DNA of 64,000 nt from assembly GCA_963765575.1 (NCBI GenBank), contig CAVXWZ010000002.1, positions 448,001 to 512,000 on the forward strand, in the 5' to 3' direction. The number at the start of each line of letters is the position of its first letter. Position 1 is the stretch's first letter. Shown piece after piece: positions 42,460 to 52,750 of this stretch. The DNA comes from an uncultured cyanobacterium (lineage in GTDB: Bacteria; Cyanobacteriota; Cyanobacteriia; PCC-6307; Cyanobiaceae). The notes below the pieces were generated by a model. It saw only the letters and a list, made by a program, of their open reading frames with translations. It searched no databases and had not been told where the DNA came from. The translations under genes were made by a program, and so were the position numbers.

Positions 42460-42720
42460 TCAGACCGCCAGCAGGGCGTCGAGCCGGCCGCTGCGCTCCA
42501 GGGCGTGCAGCTCATCGCAACCGCCGATGCCGTCGTCGTCGATGAAGATCTGGGGCAGGCTGCTGCGCCCATCGGCCCGCGCGCTCATCAGCGCCCTGGC
42601 CTCGCGGTCACCATCGATGGCGTACTCGCTGTAGGCCACTCCCTTGCGATCCAGCAGCGCCTTGGCGCGGACGCAGAAGGGACAAAACCGCCAGGTGTAG
42701 ATCTCGACCGTCGCCGCCAT
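42460..42720 (-). CDS. grxC: Glutaredoxin 3
   Basis: CPFC, SLPQIFI, IGGCDEL. Confidence 0.93.
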   Translation of the reverse strand: MAATVEIYTWRFCPFCVRAKALLDRKGVAYSEYAIDGDREARALMSARADGRSSLPQIFIDDDGIGGCDELHALERSGRLDALLAV

Positions 42721-42885
42721 CAGGGCCGTTCCGCAGGTGGCCGGATCCTAGAAGTGAGCCGTTGGGCCGGGGGCTGGACGGCCGCCGCTGCCGCCGCCAT
42801 TGAGTACGGTCGAATTACGCATCGTTTCTCCACCGTGACCGCCACCGCCGCCACCGGAGCCGGCGCCATCGGCGCCGCCGTCCCG

Positions 42886-44011
42886 TTGTTCGACCTCAGC
42901 GACTTCAAGCGCGACCTCTCCGAGCTCACCGACCGCCTGGGCCAAGCCCAGGACTGTCTTTGACGAAGCTGCCCTGACAGCCCGCCAGCAGGACCTGGAG
43001 CAACTGGCCTCCCAGCCCGATTTCTGGGATGACCCGAAGCAAGCCCAGGCGCGCATGCGCCAGCTCGATGAGGTCAAGGCCCAGCTGGAGCAGCTGGCCC
43101 GCTGGCGCTCGGTCGTGGGCGACGCCGAGGCCACGCTGGAGCTCTACGAGCTGGAGCCCGACGCCGACCTGCTGGCGGAGGCCGACCGGGGCCTGCAGGG
43201 CCTGCGCAGTGAGCTCGACCGCTGGGAGCTGGAGCGCCTGCTCTCGGGCCCCTACGACAAGGAGGGCGCCGTGATCAGCATCAACGCCGGCGCCGGCGGC
43301 ACCGATGCCCAGGACTGGGCCCAGATGCTGCTGCGCATGTACACCCGCTGGGCCGAAGACCACGGCATGAAGGTGAGCGTGGATGAACTCAGCGAGGGGG
43401 AGGAAGCGGGTATCAAGAGCTGCACGATCGAGATCGACGGGCGCTACGCCTACGGCTACCTGCGCAATGAGAAGGGCACCCACCGGCTGGTGCGCATCTC
43501 GCCGTTCAACGCCAACGACAAGCGCCAGACCAGCTTCGCCGGGGTGGAGGTGATGCCCAAGATTGAGCAGGAGGTGAAGCTCGACATCCCCGACAAGGAT
43601 CTGGAGATCACCACCTCGCGCTCCGGCGGCGCCGGCGGCCAGAACGTCAACAAGGTGGAAACGGCGGTGCGCATCCTGCACATCCCCACCGGCCTGTTCG
43701 TGCGCTGCACCCAGGAGCGCTCCCAGCTGCAGAACAAGGAGAAGGCCATGGCGCTGCTGATGGCCAAGCTGCTGGTGATCGCCCAGGAGCAGCGCGCCTC
43801 CGAGATCGCCGACATCCGCGGCGACATGGTGGAGGCGGCCTGGGGCAACCAGATCCGCAACTATGTGGTTCACCCGTATCAGATGGTGAAAGATCTGCGC
43901 ACCCAGCACGAAACCACCGACGTGCAAGGCGTGATGGATGGCGACCTCGATCCCTTCATCCAGAGCCTGCTGCACGCGGGCGTGGAGATGGCCGGTGGCG
44001 GCGATGACTGA
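42886..44011 (+). CDS. prfB: Peptide chain release factor 2 with programmed +1 frameshift
   Basis: [15 protein letters not shown] then CTT TGA C at 42958-42964; +1 frame carries SPF and GGQ motifs. Confidence 0.96.
42949..42964 (+). other. Programmed ribosomal +1 frameshift site of prfB
   Basis: CAGGACTGTCTTTGAC, canonical CUU-UGA-C. Confidence 0.93.
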
Positions 44012-44165
44012 TCAGGAGAAGCCCAGCTTCGTGAAGCTGGCGATGCGCAACATGGTGCGCAAGGGCCGCCAGAGCCTGTTGCACTTCGGGCTCACCGCCG
44101 CAGGGCTGATGGCTTTCCTGGTGCTGCTGGCCTGGCTGGGCCGGCCCCAGGTGCCCGGGGGCTGA
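44004..44165 (+). CDS. DUF3285-family small membrane protein
   Basis: [23 protein letters not shown]. Confidence 0.85.
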   Translation: MTDQEKPSFVKLAMRNMVRKGRQSLLHFGLTAAGLMAFLVLLAWLGRPQVPGG

Positions 44166-44166
44166 G

Positions 44167-44742
44167 GTGGCCGCCGCCATCGAGATCGACCTGGCCTTCA
44201 CGGCCGAGGCCGACTGGGCAGCAGCGCTGCAAGCCGAAGCCGGTACCTGGCTCGATCCCCACAACGGCACCGGGCCCTGGCAGCGGCTGCTGGGGAGCTG
44301 GCTGCAGCAGCTGAGCGCCGAGCTGCCGGCCCACCTGCGCGCACCGGCCTACAGCCTCGGGCTCAGCCTGGTGGACGACACCGCCATCGCCGCGCTCAAC
44401 GCCGAGTGGCGCCACCAGAGCGGCCCCACCGATGTGCTCGCCTTCGCCGCCCGCGACGCGGGCCTGGACGGGACACCAGCCCTGCCCCCACCCCAGAGCC
44501 CCCCCGGCTGGGCCGAAGCGGAAGCCCTGGAACTGGGCGACATCGTCATTTCCGTGGACACGGCCGCCCGCCAGGCCGGCGACCATGGCCACGGCCTGCT
44601 GCGGGAGCTGCACTTCCTCGCCAGCCACGGCCTGCTGCATCTGCTCGGCTGGGACCACCCCGACCCGGCCAGCCTGGAGGCGATGCTGGCGCGGCAGGAG
44701 CGTTTGCTGACCCCCCCTGGTCAGCCCGGATGGCAGCGGTAG
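44167..44742 (+). CDS. ybeY: rRNA maturation endoribonuclease YbeY
   Basis: LN..WR, PTDVLAF, LGDIVIS, HGLLHLLGWDH. Confidence 0.93.
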   Translation: MAAAIEIDLAFTAEADWAAALQAEAGTWLDPHNGTGPWQRLLGSWLQQLSAELPAHLRAPAYSLGLSLVDDTAIAALNAEWRHQSGPTDVLAFAARDAGLDGTPALPPPQSPPGWAEAEALELGDIVISVDTAARQAGDHGHGLLRELHFLASHGLLHLLGWDHPDPASLEAMLARQERLLTPPGQPGWQR

Positions 44743-44752
44743 GGTTCGACCG

Positions 44753-45259
44753 GTGCCCGTGGGGAATGTGCTGCCTCTGCCCCTGCCTCCTCCAGACCGC
44801 CAGGCCGCCGGCGAGCGCAGCGCCGGTCCCAAGGCCGTGGCACCGATGCTGAGGCGCCGCGGGCGCACGGCGCGGCTGGGGTCCTGGACCGTGGCCAGCG
44901 ACCTGCCCGCCAGCTTCCGCTACGCCGCCCAGGGGCTGGCCTACGGCTTCCGCAGCCAGCGCAATTTCCGCATTCATGTGCTCACCGGGGTGGCGGTGTT
45001 CGGCCTGGGGCTGTGGCTGCAGCTGCCGCCGCCCCAGCTGGCCGTGCTGGTGCTCACCGTGGCGGCGGTGCTGGTGCTGGAGCTGATCAACACCGCCACC
45101 GAAGCCGTGGTGGACCTGGCCATCGGCCGCCAGTTCCACCCCCTGGCCCGTGTGGCCAAGGACTGCGCCGCCGCCGCCGTGCTGGTGGGAGCCCTGGCCT
45201 CGTTGCTGATCGCCGTGCTGCTGCTGGCACCGCCGCTGCTGGTGCGCCTCGGCCTTTGA
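44753..45259 (+). CDS. dgkA: Diacylglycerol/undecaprenol kinase family
   Basis: SFRYA..G, QRNFRIH, ELINTATEAVVD, AKDCAAAAV; start may be 44846. Confidence 0.88.
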   Translation: MPVGNVLPLPLPPPDRQAAGERSAGPKAVAPMLRRRGRTARLGSWTVASDLPASFRYAAQGLAYGFRSQRNFRIHVLTGVAVFGLGLWLQLPPPQLAVLVLTVAAVLVLELINTATEAVVDLAIGRQFHPLARVAKDCAAAAVLVGALASLLIAVLLLAPPLLVRLGL

Positions 45260-45306
45260 ATGGGGTCACACACGCGGCGCCGATCCGGCGTTGAGGGAGG
45301 GGGCCG

Positions 45307-45900
45307 ATGCTGTTGGTGCTCGACAACTACGACAGCTTCACCTTCAACCTGGTGCAGTACCTCGGGGAGCTGGCCGCCGAGCACCCGCTGGCGGCGGAGC
45401 TGCGGGTGGAGCGCAACGACGCCCTGAGCCTGGAGCAGATCCGGGAGCTGCAGCCGGCGGCGATCGTGATCTCTCCCGGTCCCGGCGACCCCGACCAGTC
45501 GGGGGTGTGCCTGCAGGTGCTGCGCGAGCTCAGCCCCACGGTGCCCACCCTGGGGGTGTGCCTGGGGCACCAGGCCATCGCCCAGGTGTACGGGGGGCGG
45601 GTGGTGCGGGCCCCGGAGCTGATGCACGGCAAGACCTCGCCCGTGCTGCATGGCGATGCCGGGGTGTTCGCCGGGCTGCCCAATCCGCTCACCGCCACCC
45701 GCTACCACAGCCTGATCGCCGAGCGGGCCTCGCTGCCCGAGGCCCTGGAGATCACCGCCTGGCTGGAGGACGGCACGATCATGGGTCTGCGTCACCGCAC
45801 CTTCCCCCACATCGAGGGGGTGCAGTTCCACCCCGAGAGCGTGCTCACCGAAGCGGGCCATGGCCTGCTGGCCAACTTCCTGCGCCAGGCCGCCGGCTGA
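45307..45900 (+). CDS. trpG: Anthranilate/aminodeoxychorismate synthase component II
   Basis: DNYDSFT, SPGPG, GVCLGHQ, RYHSL, QFHPES. Confidence 0.93.
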   Translation: MLLVLDNYDSFTFNLVQYLGELAAEHPLAAELRVERNDALSLEQIRELQPAAIVISPGPGDPDQSGVCLQVLRELSPTVPTLGVCLGHQAIAQVYGGRVVRAPELMHGKTSPVLHGDAGVFAGLPNPLTATRYHSLIAERASLPEALEITAWLEDGTIMGLRHRTFPHIEGVQFHPESVLTEAGHGLLANFLRQAAG

Positions 45901-45984
45901 ACCGCGGGCAGCCCGTTGAGCGTCCCCGGCTGCAGGGTTGGCCCCGGCAACTGCGGTAGCGTCGCGCCCTCCCAGGCTGCCCGG

Positions 45985-46713
45985 ATGCGACTGCTGCCCA
46001 CCCTTGCCGCCGCCGCCATGGTCCTGCCGGCCGCGGCCCTGCCCCTGGCGCTACCGGCGGCCGCAGTGGCCAGCGTGTCGATCACCAGCTATGGCCACAG
46101 CGCCCTGCTGATCCAGGGCGGCGGTGCCCGGGTGCTGCTCAATCCCTTCCGGGCGGTGGGCTGCGCCGCGGGCCTGAGCGAGCCGCGGGTGAGCGCCACC
46201 GCGATCCTGGCCAGCAGCCGGCTGCTGGATGAGGGGGCGCCGGTGGCCTCCGGACGCTTCCTGGCTGATCCCGGCACCTTCCAGGTGGGCGGTCTGCGCA
46301 TCGAGGGCATCGGCTCGGCCCGCGACCGGCTGGGCGGCCGGCGCTTCGGCCAGGCCACCCTCTGGCGCTGGCAGCAGGGCGGCCTCAGCTTCGTGCACAT
46401 GGGCGGCACCGCCGGCCCCCTCACCGCGTCCGACCGGGTGATGCTGAGCCGCCCCGATGTGCTCGTCATCGGTGTCGGTGGCGGCGCCAAGGTGTACGAC
46501 GGCGCCGAGGCGGCCGAAGTGGTGCGGGAGCTGCGGCCGCGGGTGGTGATTCCGGTGCAGTACGTGAATGGCGCCGTGCCGGCCAACTGCGATCAGGGCA
46601 GTGTGGAGCCCTTCCTGCAGGCCCTCAGCGGCACCCCGGTGCAGCGCAGCGGCCGCACCCTCAACCTGGGAACCAGCCTGGGCGAAGGCCCCGTGATCAA
46701 GGTGATGCGCTGA
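45985..46713 (+). CDS. Exported MBL-fold metallo-hydrolase-like protein
   Basis: Signal peptide, YGHSALLI, HMG, PDVLVIGVGG, VIPVQY. Confidence 0.82.
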   Translation: MRLLPTLAAAAMVLPAAALPLALPAAAVASVSITSYGHSALLIQGGGARVLLNPFRAVGCAAGLSEPRVSATAILASSRLLDEGAPVASGRFLADPGTFQVGGLRIEGIGSARDRLGGRRFGQATLWRWQQGGLSFVHMGGTAGPLTASDRVMLSRPDVLVIGVGGGAKVYDGAEAAEVVRELRPRVVIPVQYVNGAVPANCDQGSVEPFLQALSGTPVQRSGRTLNLGTSLGEGPVIKVMR

Positions 46714-47015
46714 TCGATCCTCCCAAGGGCCGCCGCCCGCAGGCTGGCGCCATGGGGGTGGGCTGAGCATTCATCAGGTCTTCTTGGCTGTTGGCGTGCC
46801 TAGAGGGGCCTTGCCTGGATTGATGGCGGCCCCTGAAGGCCAGTTGGCGCTGTCTCAGCCTTTTGCACAGCAGCCTGCGCCCAAGAACCGCCCACAGGGC
46901 GCTGACTCATGAGTGATCCTGATGACTCATGCGTCTAGGGCCTGGATTCTGGCGCCTCCGGATTTGTGTCCTTCTGCAGATCGTGGTAGGGGTGAAGGAG
47001 TTCGCAACAGTTGTT

Positions 47016-47549
47016 ATGACAAACCCATTGATGTCGCCAGTGATGTCGCCAGTGATGTCGCCAACGATGTCGCCAATGTCATCCCAGGCGCCCACCATCT
47101 CCACAGGGGAATCCCACGGCAACAACGTGGAAGCGCTGAAGCGGGTGCTGGCTGACACCTACGTGCTCTACAGCAAGACCCATGGCTTCCACTGGAATGT
47201 GACAGGCCCCCTGTTCACCTCGCTCCATGCCTTGTTCATGGAGCAGTACATCGAACTGTTCGAAGCCATGGATGTGCTGGCCGAGCGCATCCGTGTGCTC
47301 AAGGTTGCAGCGCCCTTCGGTCCGGCGGCGCTCTCCAAACTCTCTGGTCTCACTGACGCCAGCGGCAACCTGGAGGCCATGGCCATGGTGCGGGAGCTGG
47401 AGGCAGACCATCGAGGCCTCGCTTCACGTTGCCAGCAGGCCCTGGAACTGGCCCACGACGCATCGGATGAAGGCAGCGCCGACTTGTTGACCCAGCGGCT
47501 GCGACTGCATGAAAAAACAGCCTGGAAGCTCGCCAGTATTTCGCAATAA
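47016..47549 (+). CDS. dps: Dps-family ferritin-like protein
   Basis: HGFHWNVTGP.F..LH..F.EQY, D.LAERI, HEKTAW; start ambiguous because of repeated ATGs. Confidence 0.9.
   Translation: MTNPLMSPVMSPVMSPTMSPMSSQAPTISTGESHGNNVEALKRVLADTYVLYSKTHGFHWNVTGPLFTSLHALFMEQYIELFEAMDVLAERIRVLKVAAPFGPAALSKLSGLTDASGNLEAMAMVRELEADHRGLASRCQQALELAHDASDEGSADLLTQRLRLHEKTAWKLASISQ
47029..47076. repeat. 12-bp tandem repeat x4 encoding MSP(V/T/M)
   Basis: TGATGTCGCCAG TGATGTCGCCAG TGATGTCGCCAA CGATGTCGCCAA. Confidence 0.92.
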
Positions 47550-47956
47550 GCCAACACCACAAGATCGTCCATCTGCACGATCAGGGCGGTCAGCCACCCT
47601 GTATCCGGAGATGTGATGGCAACCCCGCTTGCTCTGCATGGGTGGGGACGGATTCAGACCGGGCCACCAGAACGGCTGACGTCGTTTTGGAGGAAGCCGA
47701 TCACTTCTTTGGTGCCACCGAGGCGAGAGCGATCCAGGCGCGACTGGCGAATCGGTCCTCCGTGCTGGTGGCGGGTATGGCTGCAACGATCCAGTGCTGC
47801 CTGGCTGGTCACCATGGCCTTGAATCGCTCAACAGCCAGGGTCAAGGGATACCCTGTGGCCAAAACGTATTGGCAGCTGTGCTCGATGGCAGCAAGGGGG
47901 CCTGGGCCATGGAGCAACGAACCAACTGACTGTCAACACGAGCGCCGGAACATCCT

Positions 47957-49516
47957 ATGGACCAAGCCATCATTGCCGCCAATGAACCGATTTCCGTGGA
48001 GCTGAAGGCTGGGGAGAGCTACCTGTATTGCACATGTGGACGCTCAAGCGATCAACCGTTCTGCGATGGCTCCCATAGGGGAAGCGGTTTTACGCCCCAG
48101 TCGTTCTCCGTTGACGCAGCAGGGGAGGCCTTGCTCTGCCGATGCAAGCAGACGGATGATGCCCCCTATTGCGACGGAAGCCATGCCCAGGTTCCAGACG
48201 AGCGGGTGGGGCAGACACTGTCCCAGTCGGAATCAACGTCGGGGCAGGACGAGCCTGATCAGGCTCAGATGCCAAAGCCCGAGTCCACGGCTGAGGAACC
48301 ATTTGTCAGCTTGATCCATGAGTTGGCCGAACATGGTCTGGAGCAGATGGGGGCGCACGGCCCGGTTGAGGCGATGGGAGTGCCGCGTAGCCAACTGCCG
48401 AGCTGGGATCAACTGCAGATTTTGGTGGCCCAGCTTGCCCGAACACCCTTGCAGGAGGACGTTCCAGTGGAAACACAGCTGGTGCTGGGGCCGCAGGCTA
48501 CGAAACCTCTGCGCTTAGGGATTCCCCTGTTTGTATCAGACATGAGCTTTGGAGCTCTCTCTGAGGAAGCGAAGATTTCCCTGGCACGGGGTGCCGAAAA
48601 GGCTGGAACCGGCATCTGCTCCGGAGAAGGAGGAATGCTGCCAGAAGAGCAGGCTGAATCCACGAGATATCTGCTTGAATTTGCATCCGCTCAATTCGGC
48701 TACAAGCCGGAGTTGCTTGAGCACGTGCAGGCCTTCCACTTCAAGTGCGGACAGGCAGCGAAGACCGGAGTCGGAGGGCACCTGCCGAGCAAGAAGACAA
48801 CAGCCCGCATCGCCGCGTTGCGTGGCGTCGCCGAGGGTGAGGCGGCCTTCTCTCCTCCAACATTCACTAGTCTGCGCACGGTGGCAGAGTTTCGACGGTT
48901 TGCAGACGAGGTGCGGGAGATCAGCGGGGGGATCCCTGTGGGCTTCAAGATGAGTGCACAGCAGATCGAAGACGATCTGGATTTTGCCCTGAAGGCGGGA
49001 GCCGATTACATCATTCTCGATGGACGGGGTGGCGGCACAGGGGGGTCACCACTGCTGTTTCGTGATCACATCTCCGTTCCCACGATCCCCGCATTGGCGC
49101 GGGCGCGGCGCCATCTCGATCGCAGAGGTGCCAGCGGCCGCGTCACCTTGATCATCACGGGTGGCTTACGCACCCCCGCCGACTTCATCAAGGCACTGGC
49201 CCTGGGAGCTGATGGCATTGCCCTGGCCAATGCGTCCATCCAAGCGATCGGCTGCGTTGGGGCCAGGATCTGCAACACCAACAAATGTCCGGCGGGCATC
49301 GCCACCCAGGATCCAGATCTTCGCCGGAGATTGAACATCGACCATGCAGCCGATCGTTTGGCACGCTTTCTGCAGGCCTCGGTGCACTTGATGCAGGTGA
49401 TGGCGCGTGCCTGTGGCCACACAACTCTGAGTGGTTTCGAGCGTCGCGATCTCACCAGCTGGAATCGGGATCTGGCCAACCTGGCCGGCATCGCCTGGTG
49501 TGGAGCAGGCGGCTGA
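47957..49516 (+). CDS. Two CDGSH 2Fe-2S domains fused to an FMN-binding glutamate-synthase-like domain
   Basis: CTCGRS..QPFCDGSH and CRCKQT..PYCDGSH; MSFGALS, SGEGG, GQAAKTG.GGHLP, DGRGGGTG, CVGARICNTNKCPAGIATQ. Confidence 0.9.
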   Translation: MDQAIIAANEPISVELKAGESYLYCTCGRSSDQPFCDGSHRGSGFTPQSFSVDAAGEALLCRCKQTDDAPYCDGSHAQVPDERVGQTLSQSESTSGQDEPDQAQMPKPESTAEEPFVSLIHELAEHGLEQMGAHGPVEAMGVPRSQLPSWDQLQILVAQLARTPLQEDVPVETQLVLGPQATKPLRLGIPLFVSDMSFGALSEEAKISLARGAEKAGTGICSGEGGMLPEEQAESTRYLLEFASAQFGYKPELLEHVQAFHFKCGQAAKTGVGGHLPSKKTTARIAALRGVAEGEAAFSPPTFTSLRTVAEFRRFADEVREISGGIPVGFKMSAQQIEDDLDFALKAGADYIILDGRGGGTGGSPLLFRDHISVPTIPALARARRHLDRRGASGRVTLIITGGLRTPADFIKALALGADGIALANASIQAIGCVGARICNTNKCPAGIATQDPDLRRRLNIDHAADRLARFLQASVHLMQVMARACGHTTLSGFERRDLTSWNRDLANLAGIAWCGAGG

Positions 49517-49548
49517 CGCCGTTGATCACCACCGCTGACAACACCTCA

Positions 49549-50916
49549 TCAGCCAGGGCTGATGTCTTGGCCAAACTGCTGCGGGTGAATGACCCAGCCG
49601 GCTGCCCGCCGGAGCCGCGCCACGTCCTGGGCCAGGCGCAGGGCCTGTTCGCCGTGGTGCAACGCCAGCCTCGCCTGGGCCCTGGCCGCCTCGTGGATCC
49701 CCGCCATCGGCAGCTGGCTGATCAGGCAGAGACCCTTCTGAATCCGGAGGCCAACCTCCAGCGAGGCGGCGCCGTCGCGGCCGATGGCCTGAAAGGCATC
49801 ATCGAAAAGATCCTCGAGGGCCAACTCGTCCATCCAGAGCCGATCGAAACGGATCGGCTCGTCAGGGTCGTCCGGGCGGTGGCAGGAAACATCAACCCAG
49901 CCGGTGAACAGACGCACGAAGGTGCCGATGATGTAGATGGCGGTGCCGGGATCGTTCACGGCCGGCGAGAGGGCCCTGCTGGCAATTTCCGAGAGCGCCA
50001 ACAAGCCGAAGCGGGGATCGTCGTCAAAGGTGCGCCGCTGGCCGACACGAAATGAGGCGAGCAGGCGCTCGCCGGTGCCGGACGGAATGGGATTGGCGCT
50101 GATGACTCGGGCCAACACCCGTTGGGGCGTCACGAAAGCCCCGGGCAAGGTCTCGATCGCCACCTGGAGATCAAGGGATTCAGCATTCTGCTGCAGCTCA
50201 GCCAGGCTGATTGTCTGGAGATAGCCCACGTCCTGGGCATGGATCAACAGGCCACGGGGGTGGTGAGCGGGGGATTGGTTCTGCGACGTGGAGTTGTGGA
50301 CAAGCTCGCTGCTGGCGGGTCGCGTGCGCAGGGTGGGCCGCCGACCGTGTTGCTGCAGGGCCTTGCTGGCAGCCTTTTCAACGCGGTCGATCGTGTTGGT
50401 GACCCGGCCGAGCCGGGCGATGCGGTCGACCCAGGTGACAAAACTGAGAACCACAACAGTTAAGACCGCCACCGTGAACAGGAACAGGGCAAACCGACCA
50501 CTGCGGCCATAGACACCGTTGAGCAGGGCGATCAATCCCACGATCCCAAAGATGAACGCGCCAATGAAGGTTGATAGGGCGTATTGGGAGATATCGTCTG
50601 CCACCACCAAGGCAAAGGCACGGGGTGTGGCCACGGAGGCTGCCGAGGCGTAGGCGGTGAGCATGGAACCAGCGGCAAACACCGCGATCACCAGCATGCT
50701 CGAGGTGATGATCCGCAGCAGCGTCTCAAGGGTGTCGACCGAGATATCAGGCAGGGGCGCCGCTGCCAGCAGAAAATCGGCGAGATCGGCCAAGCCAACC
50801 CCGATCAGCGAGACCAGGCAGAGCAGGAGCGGCCGCACCCAGATTTTCTCGCGCAGGCGGTTGACCGTGAACTCCAGACGATCCCGCAGGGCGGTGGCAA
50901 ACAGGTGGCTTGGCAT
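49549..50916 (-). CDS. DUF2254-family membrane protein
   Basis: N-terminal TMs; RTFDDDPRFG..LSEIASRALSPAVNDPGTA. Confidence 0.85.
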   Translation of the reverse strand: MPSHLFATALRDRLEFTVNRLREKIWVRPLLLCLVSLIGVGLADLADFLLAAAPLPDISVDTLETLLRIITSSMLVIAVFAAGSMLTAYASAASVATPRAFALVVADDISQYALSTFIGAFIFGIVGLIALLNGVYGRSGRFALFLFTVAVLTVVVLSFVTWVDRIARLGRVTNTIDRVEKAASKALQQHGRRPTLRTRPASSELVHNSTSQNQSPAHHPRGLLIHAQDVGYLQTISLAELQQNAESLDLQVAIETLPGAFVTPQRVLARVISANPIPSGTGERLLASFRVGQRRTFDDDPRFGLLALSEIASRALSPAVNDPGTAIYIIGTFVRLFTGWVDVSCHRPDDPDEPIRFDRLWMDELALEDLFDDAFQAIGRDGAASLEVGLRIQKGLCLISQLPMAGIHEAARAQARLALHHGEQALRLAQDVARLRRAAGWVIHPQQFGQDISPG

Positions 50917-51175
50917 CGGGGGTCTGCGCTGCGCTGGGGCTTCGCCGAGGGAAATCCCAGCCTATGCAGGTGGGCGGTGACCAACAACACAGACCACAGG
51001 GATGGCAGCGGCCAAAGTCAGGCCTCGATGCCAGGCGTGGTAAATCGCGAGCGTGGTGAATCAATCGTAGCGAAGCTTCAGATTATGCTGGACGATAGCC
51101 AAGAAGGCAGCAGTCTTAGCCGAGACCTTGCAGGAGTTGAAGAGAGGATTCATCCTCAGTGACTGAAGGCTTCTT

Positions 51176-52750
51176 TCATTCATCATCACTGGTTCTTGCC
51201 GGCAAAGCGAGAGCAGACCTGACGTGGTGAATGGTCACGTCGCGCTTCAGGGCAGTTGCCAGCACTTGGCAGGTTCGTTGCGCAGCCCAGACTTCCAGGT
51301 CTAGAATGCCAGTGCCACAAAGCATGATCTTCACAACATCATCAGAAATCTCACAGGACACCGACATGACCCGTTGACTCCTGGCTTTGTCCAGACTCAC
51401 CGCGATTCGGAGGATCCCTGAGAGAATACGAATACGCTGACGATCAGCCTTGGATCGCTTCCTGAAACGCCGATGGTGCTTGCTTGGCGCCGCCTTGCAG
51501 TGATAGCGGGTTAAATCAGCAAGCAATGAGATGTCGCCATCCGTGAAGCCCCGGGGGAGGGTTCGGCGAATAATGTCTCGCGAGTTTTTGTGGTGCTTCC
51601 GATAGGAGATGAATGTCCCAATGTCATGGAGCAAGGCCGAGAACTTCAGCAGGTCACGCTCGGAGTTAGTGAAATGGTGCAGAGACTGTGTTTGATCAAA
51701 CAACTGCAGGGCCAACTCAGCGATATGCTCATTTCGCCGTAGGTCAGACTCATACTTTGCAGCCAGTTGAGCTGCCTTGCGATAGCGCAGGCCACCTTGA
51801 ACTGGGAACGAGGCGGGCCTCTGCGGATGTTGCTCGAGATAATCCAAGATCATTCCCTCGCGCAGGGAAGCATCGCAAAGGATGATTTCTGTGGCGCCAA
51901 CCATCTCCAAGAGCTGCACAAGCAATAGGCCGCCCAGATGGATAGCGTCGATACGTTTTTCGCTGATTCCCGCGAATTTTGAACGATCTTCTGCCGTGCT
52001 TTCAAGCAACTCCTTGGTCAGGCTGTGAATATCTTTAAGTTGCACAGTTTCGGCATTGACCGATTGCCAGGATTCTCCGCCAGAGTAGCGATGGGCAGCT
52101 GCTCCCAGCGTGCGAATCGAACCCGATGTGCCGATCACCTGCGTGAAGCCAATCTCCTGAATCTGGTCGATCGCATGCTCAGCGACAAATTGGATATGGG
52201 CTTCCAGCACGTGGCGACTGTCATGGCCAACCGGGCCTGAACTGCCGACCATGTCGAGCAAGCGCAGCACACCCAGCTGCAGGCTCTCACTGAAGAACAG
52301 GCCATGGCGATGACCAATCACGGCTTCCGTGCTGCCACCACCAATATCAAAGAGCAGGGCTGGCTGATCCTCAAGTGGTATGGAGTTGCGCACAGCAAGC
52401 AGAATCAAACGAGCTTCCTCTCTGCCTGAGATGATTCTGGGCGCCAGGCCGGTACGGCGCGCCAGCTGGTTCAAGAATGCCTCACCGTTCTGCGCTTCAC
52501 GAATGGCACTCGTCGCCGCTGTCATCACCTCATCAACCCCCAGATATTCGGCCAGCTGCACATAGCGCTCAAGCACGTCCAAACCAGTGTCAAAAGCGCG
52601 ATTGCTGAGGCGACCATTCGCAAACACCCCAGCCCCAAGCTTGACCATCTCCTTTTCACGCTCGATCACTTCAAAGTTTCGCTGCGCGATCACTTCAACG
52701 ATGATCATATGGATGGAGTTCGAACCAATATCGATCGCGGCGAGCTTCAT
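51176..52750 (-). CDS. ppx: Ppx/GppA exopolyphosphatase with HD domain
   Basis: AAIDIGSNS, ATSAIREA.N, ISGREEA, DIGGGSTE, LREG, LLHDIG. Confidence 0.9.
   Translation of the reverse strand: MKLAAIDIGSNSIHMIIVEVIAQRNFEVIEREKEMVKLGAGVFANGRLSNRAFDTGLDVLERYVQLAEYLGVDEVMTAATSAIREAQNGEAFLNQLARRTGLAPRIISGREEARLILLAVRNSIPLEDQPALLFDIGGGSTEAVIGHRHGLFFSESLQLGVLRLLDMVGSSGPVGHDSRHVLEAHIQFVAEHAIDQIQEIGFTQVIGTSGSIRTLGAAAHRYSGGESWQSVNAETVQLKDIHSLTKELLESTAEDRSKFAGISEKRIDAIHLGGLLLVQLLEMVGATEIILCDASLREGMILDYLEQHPQRPASFPVQGGLRYRKAAQLAAKYESDLRRNEHIAELALQLFDQTQSLHHFTNSERDLLKFSALLHDIGTFISYRKHHKNSRDIIRRTLPRGFTDGDISLLADLTRYHCKAAPSKHHRRFRKRSKADRQRIRILSGILRIAVSLDKARSQRVMSVSCEISDDVVKIMLCGTGILDLEVWAAQRTCQVLATALKRDVTIHHVRSALALPARTSDDE

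Noticed and set aside
47029..47076. CRISPR array (also considered for 7086-7124 and 10554-10593)
   Set aside because: Repeats are short, tandem or two-copy, without unique spacers, and no cas genes are present
47580..47950. Short ORFs between dps and the CDGSH gene
   Set aside because: Several overlapping frames, none with a recognisable motif or clear coding bias; could be a decayed gene but this is unsupported
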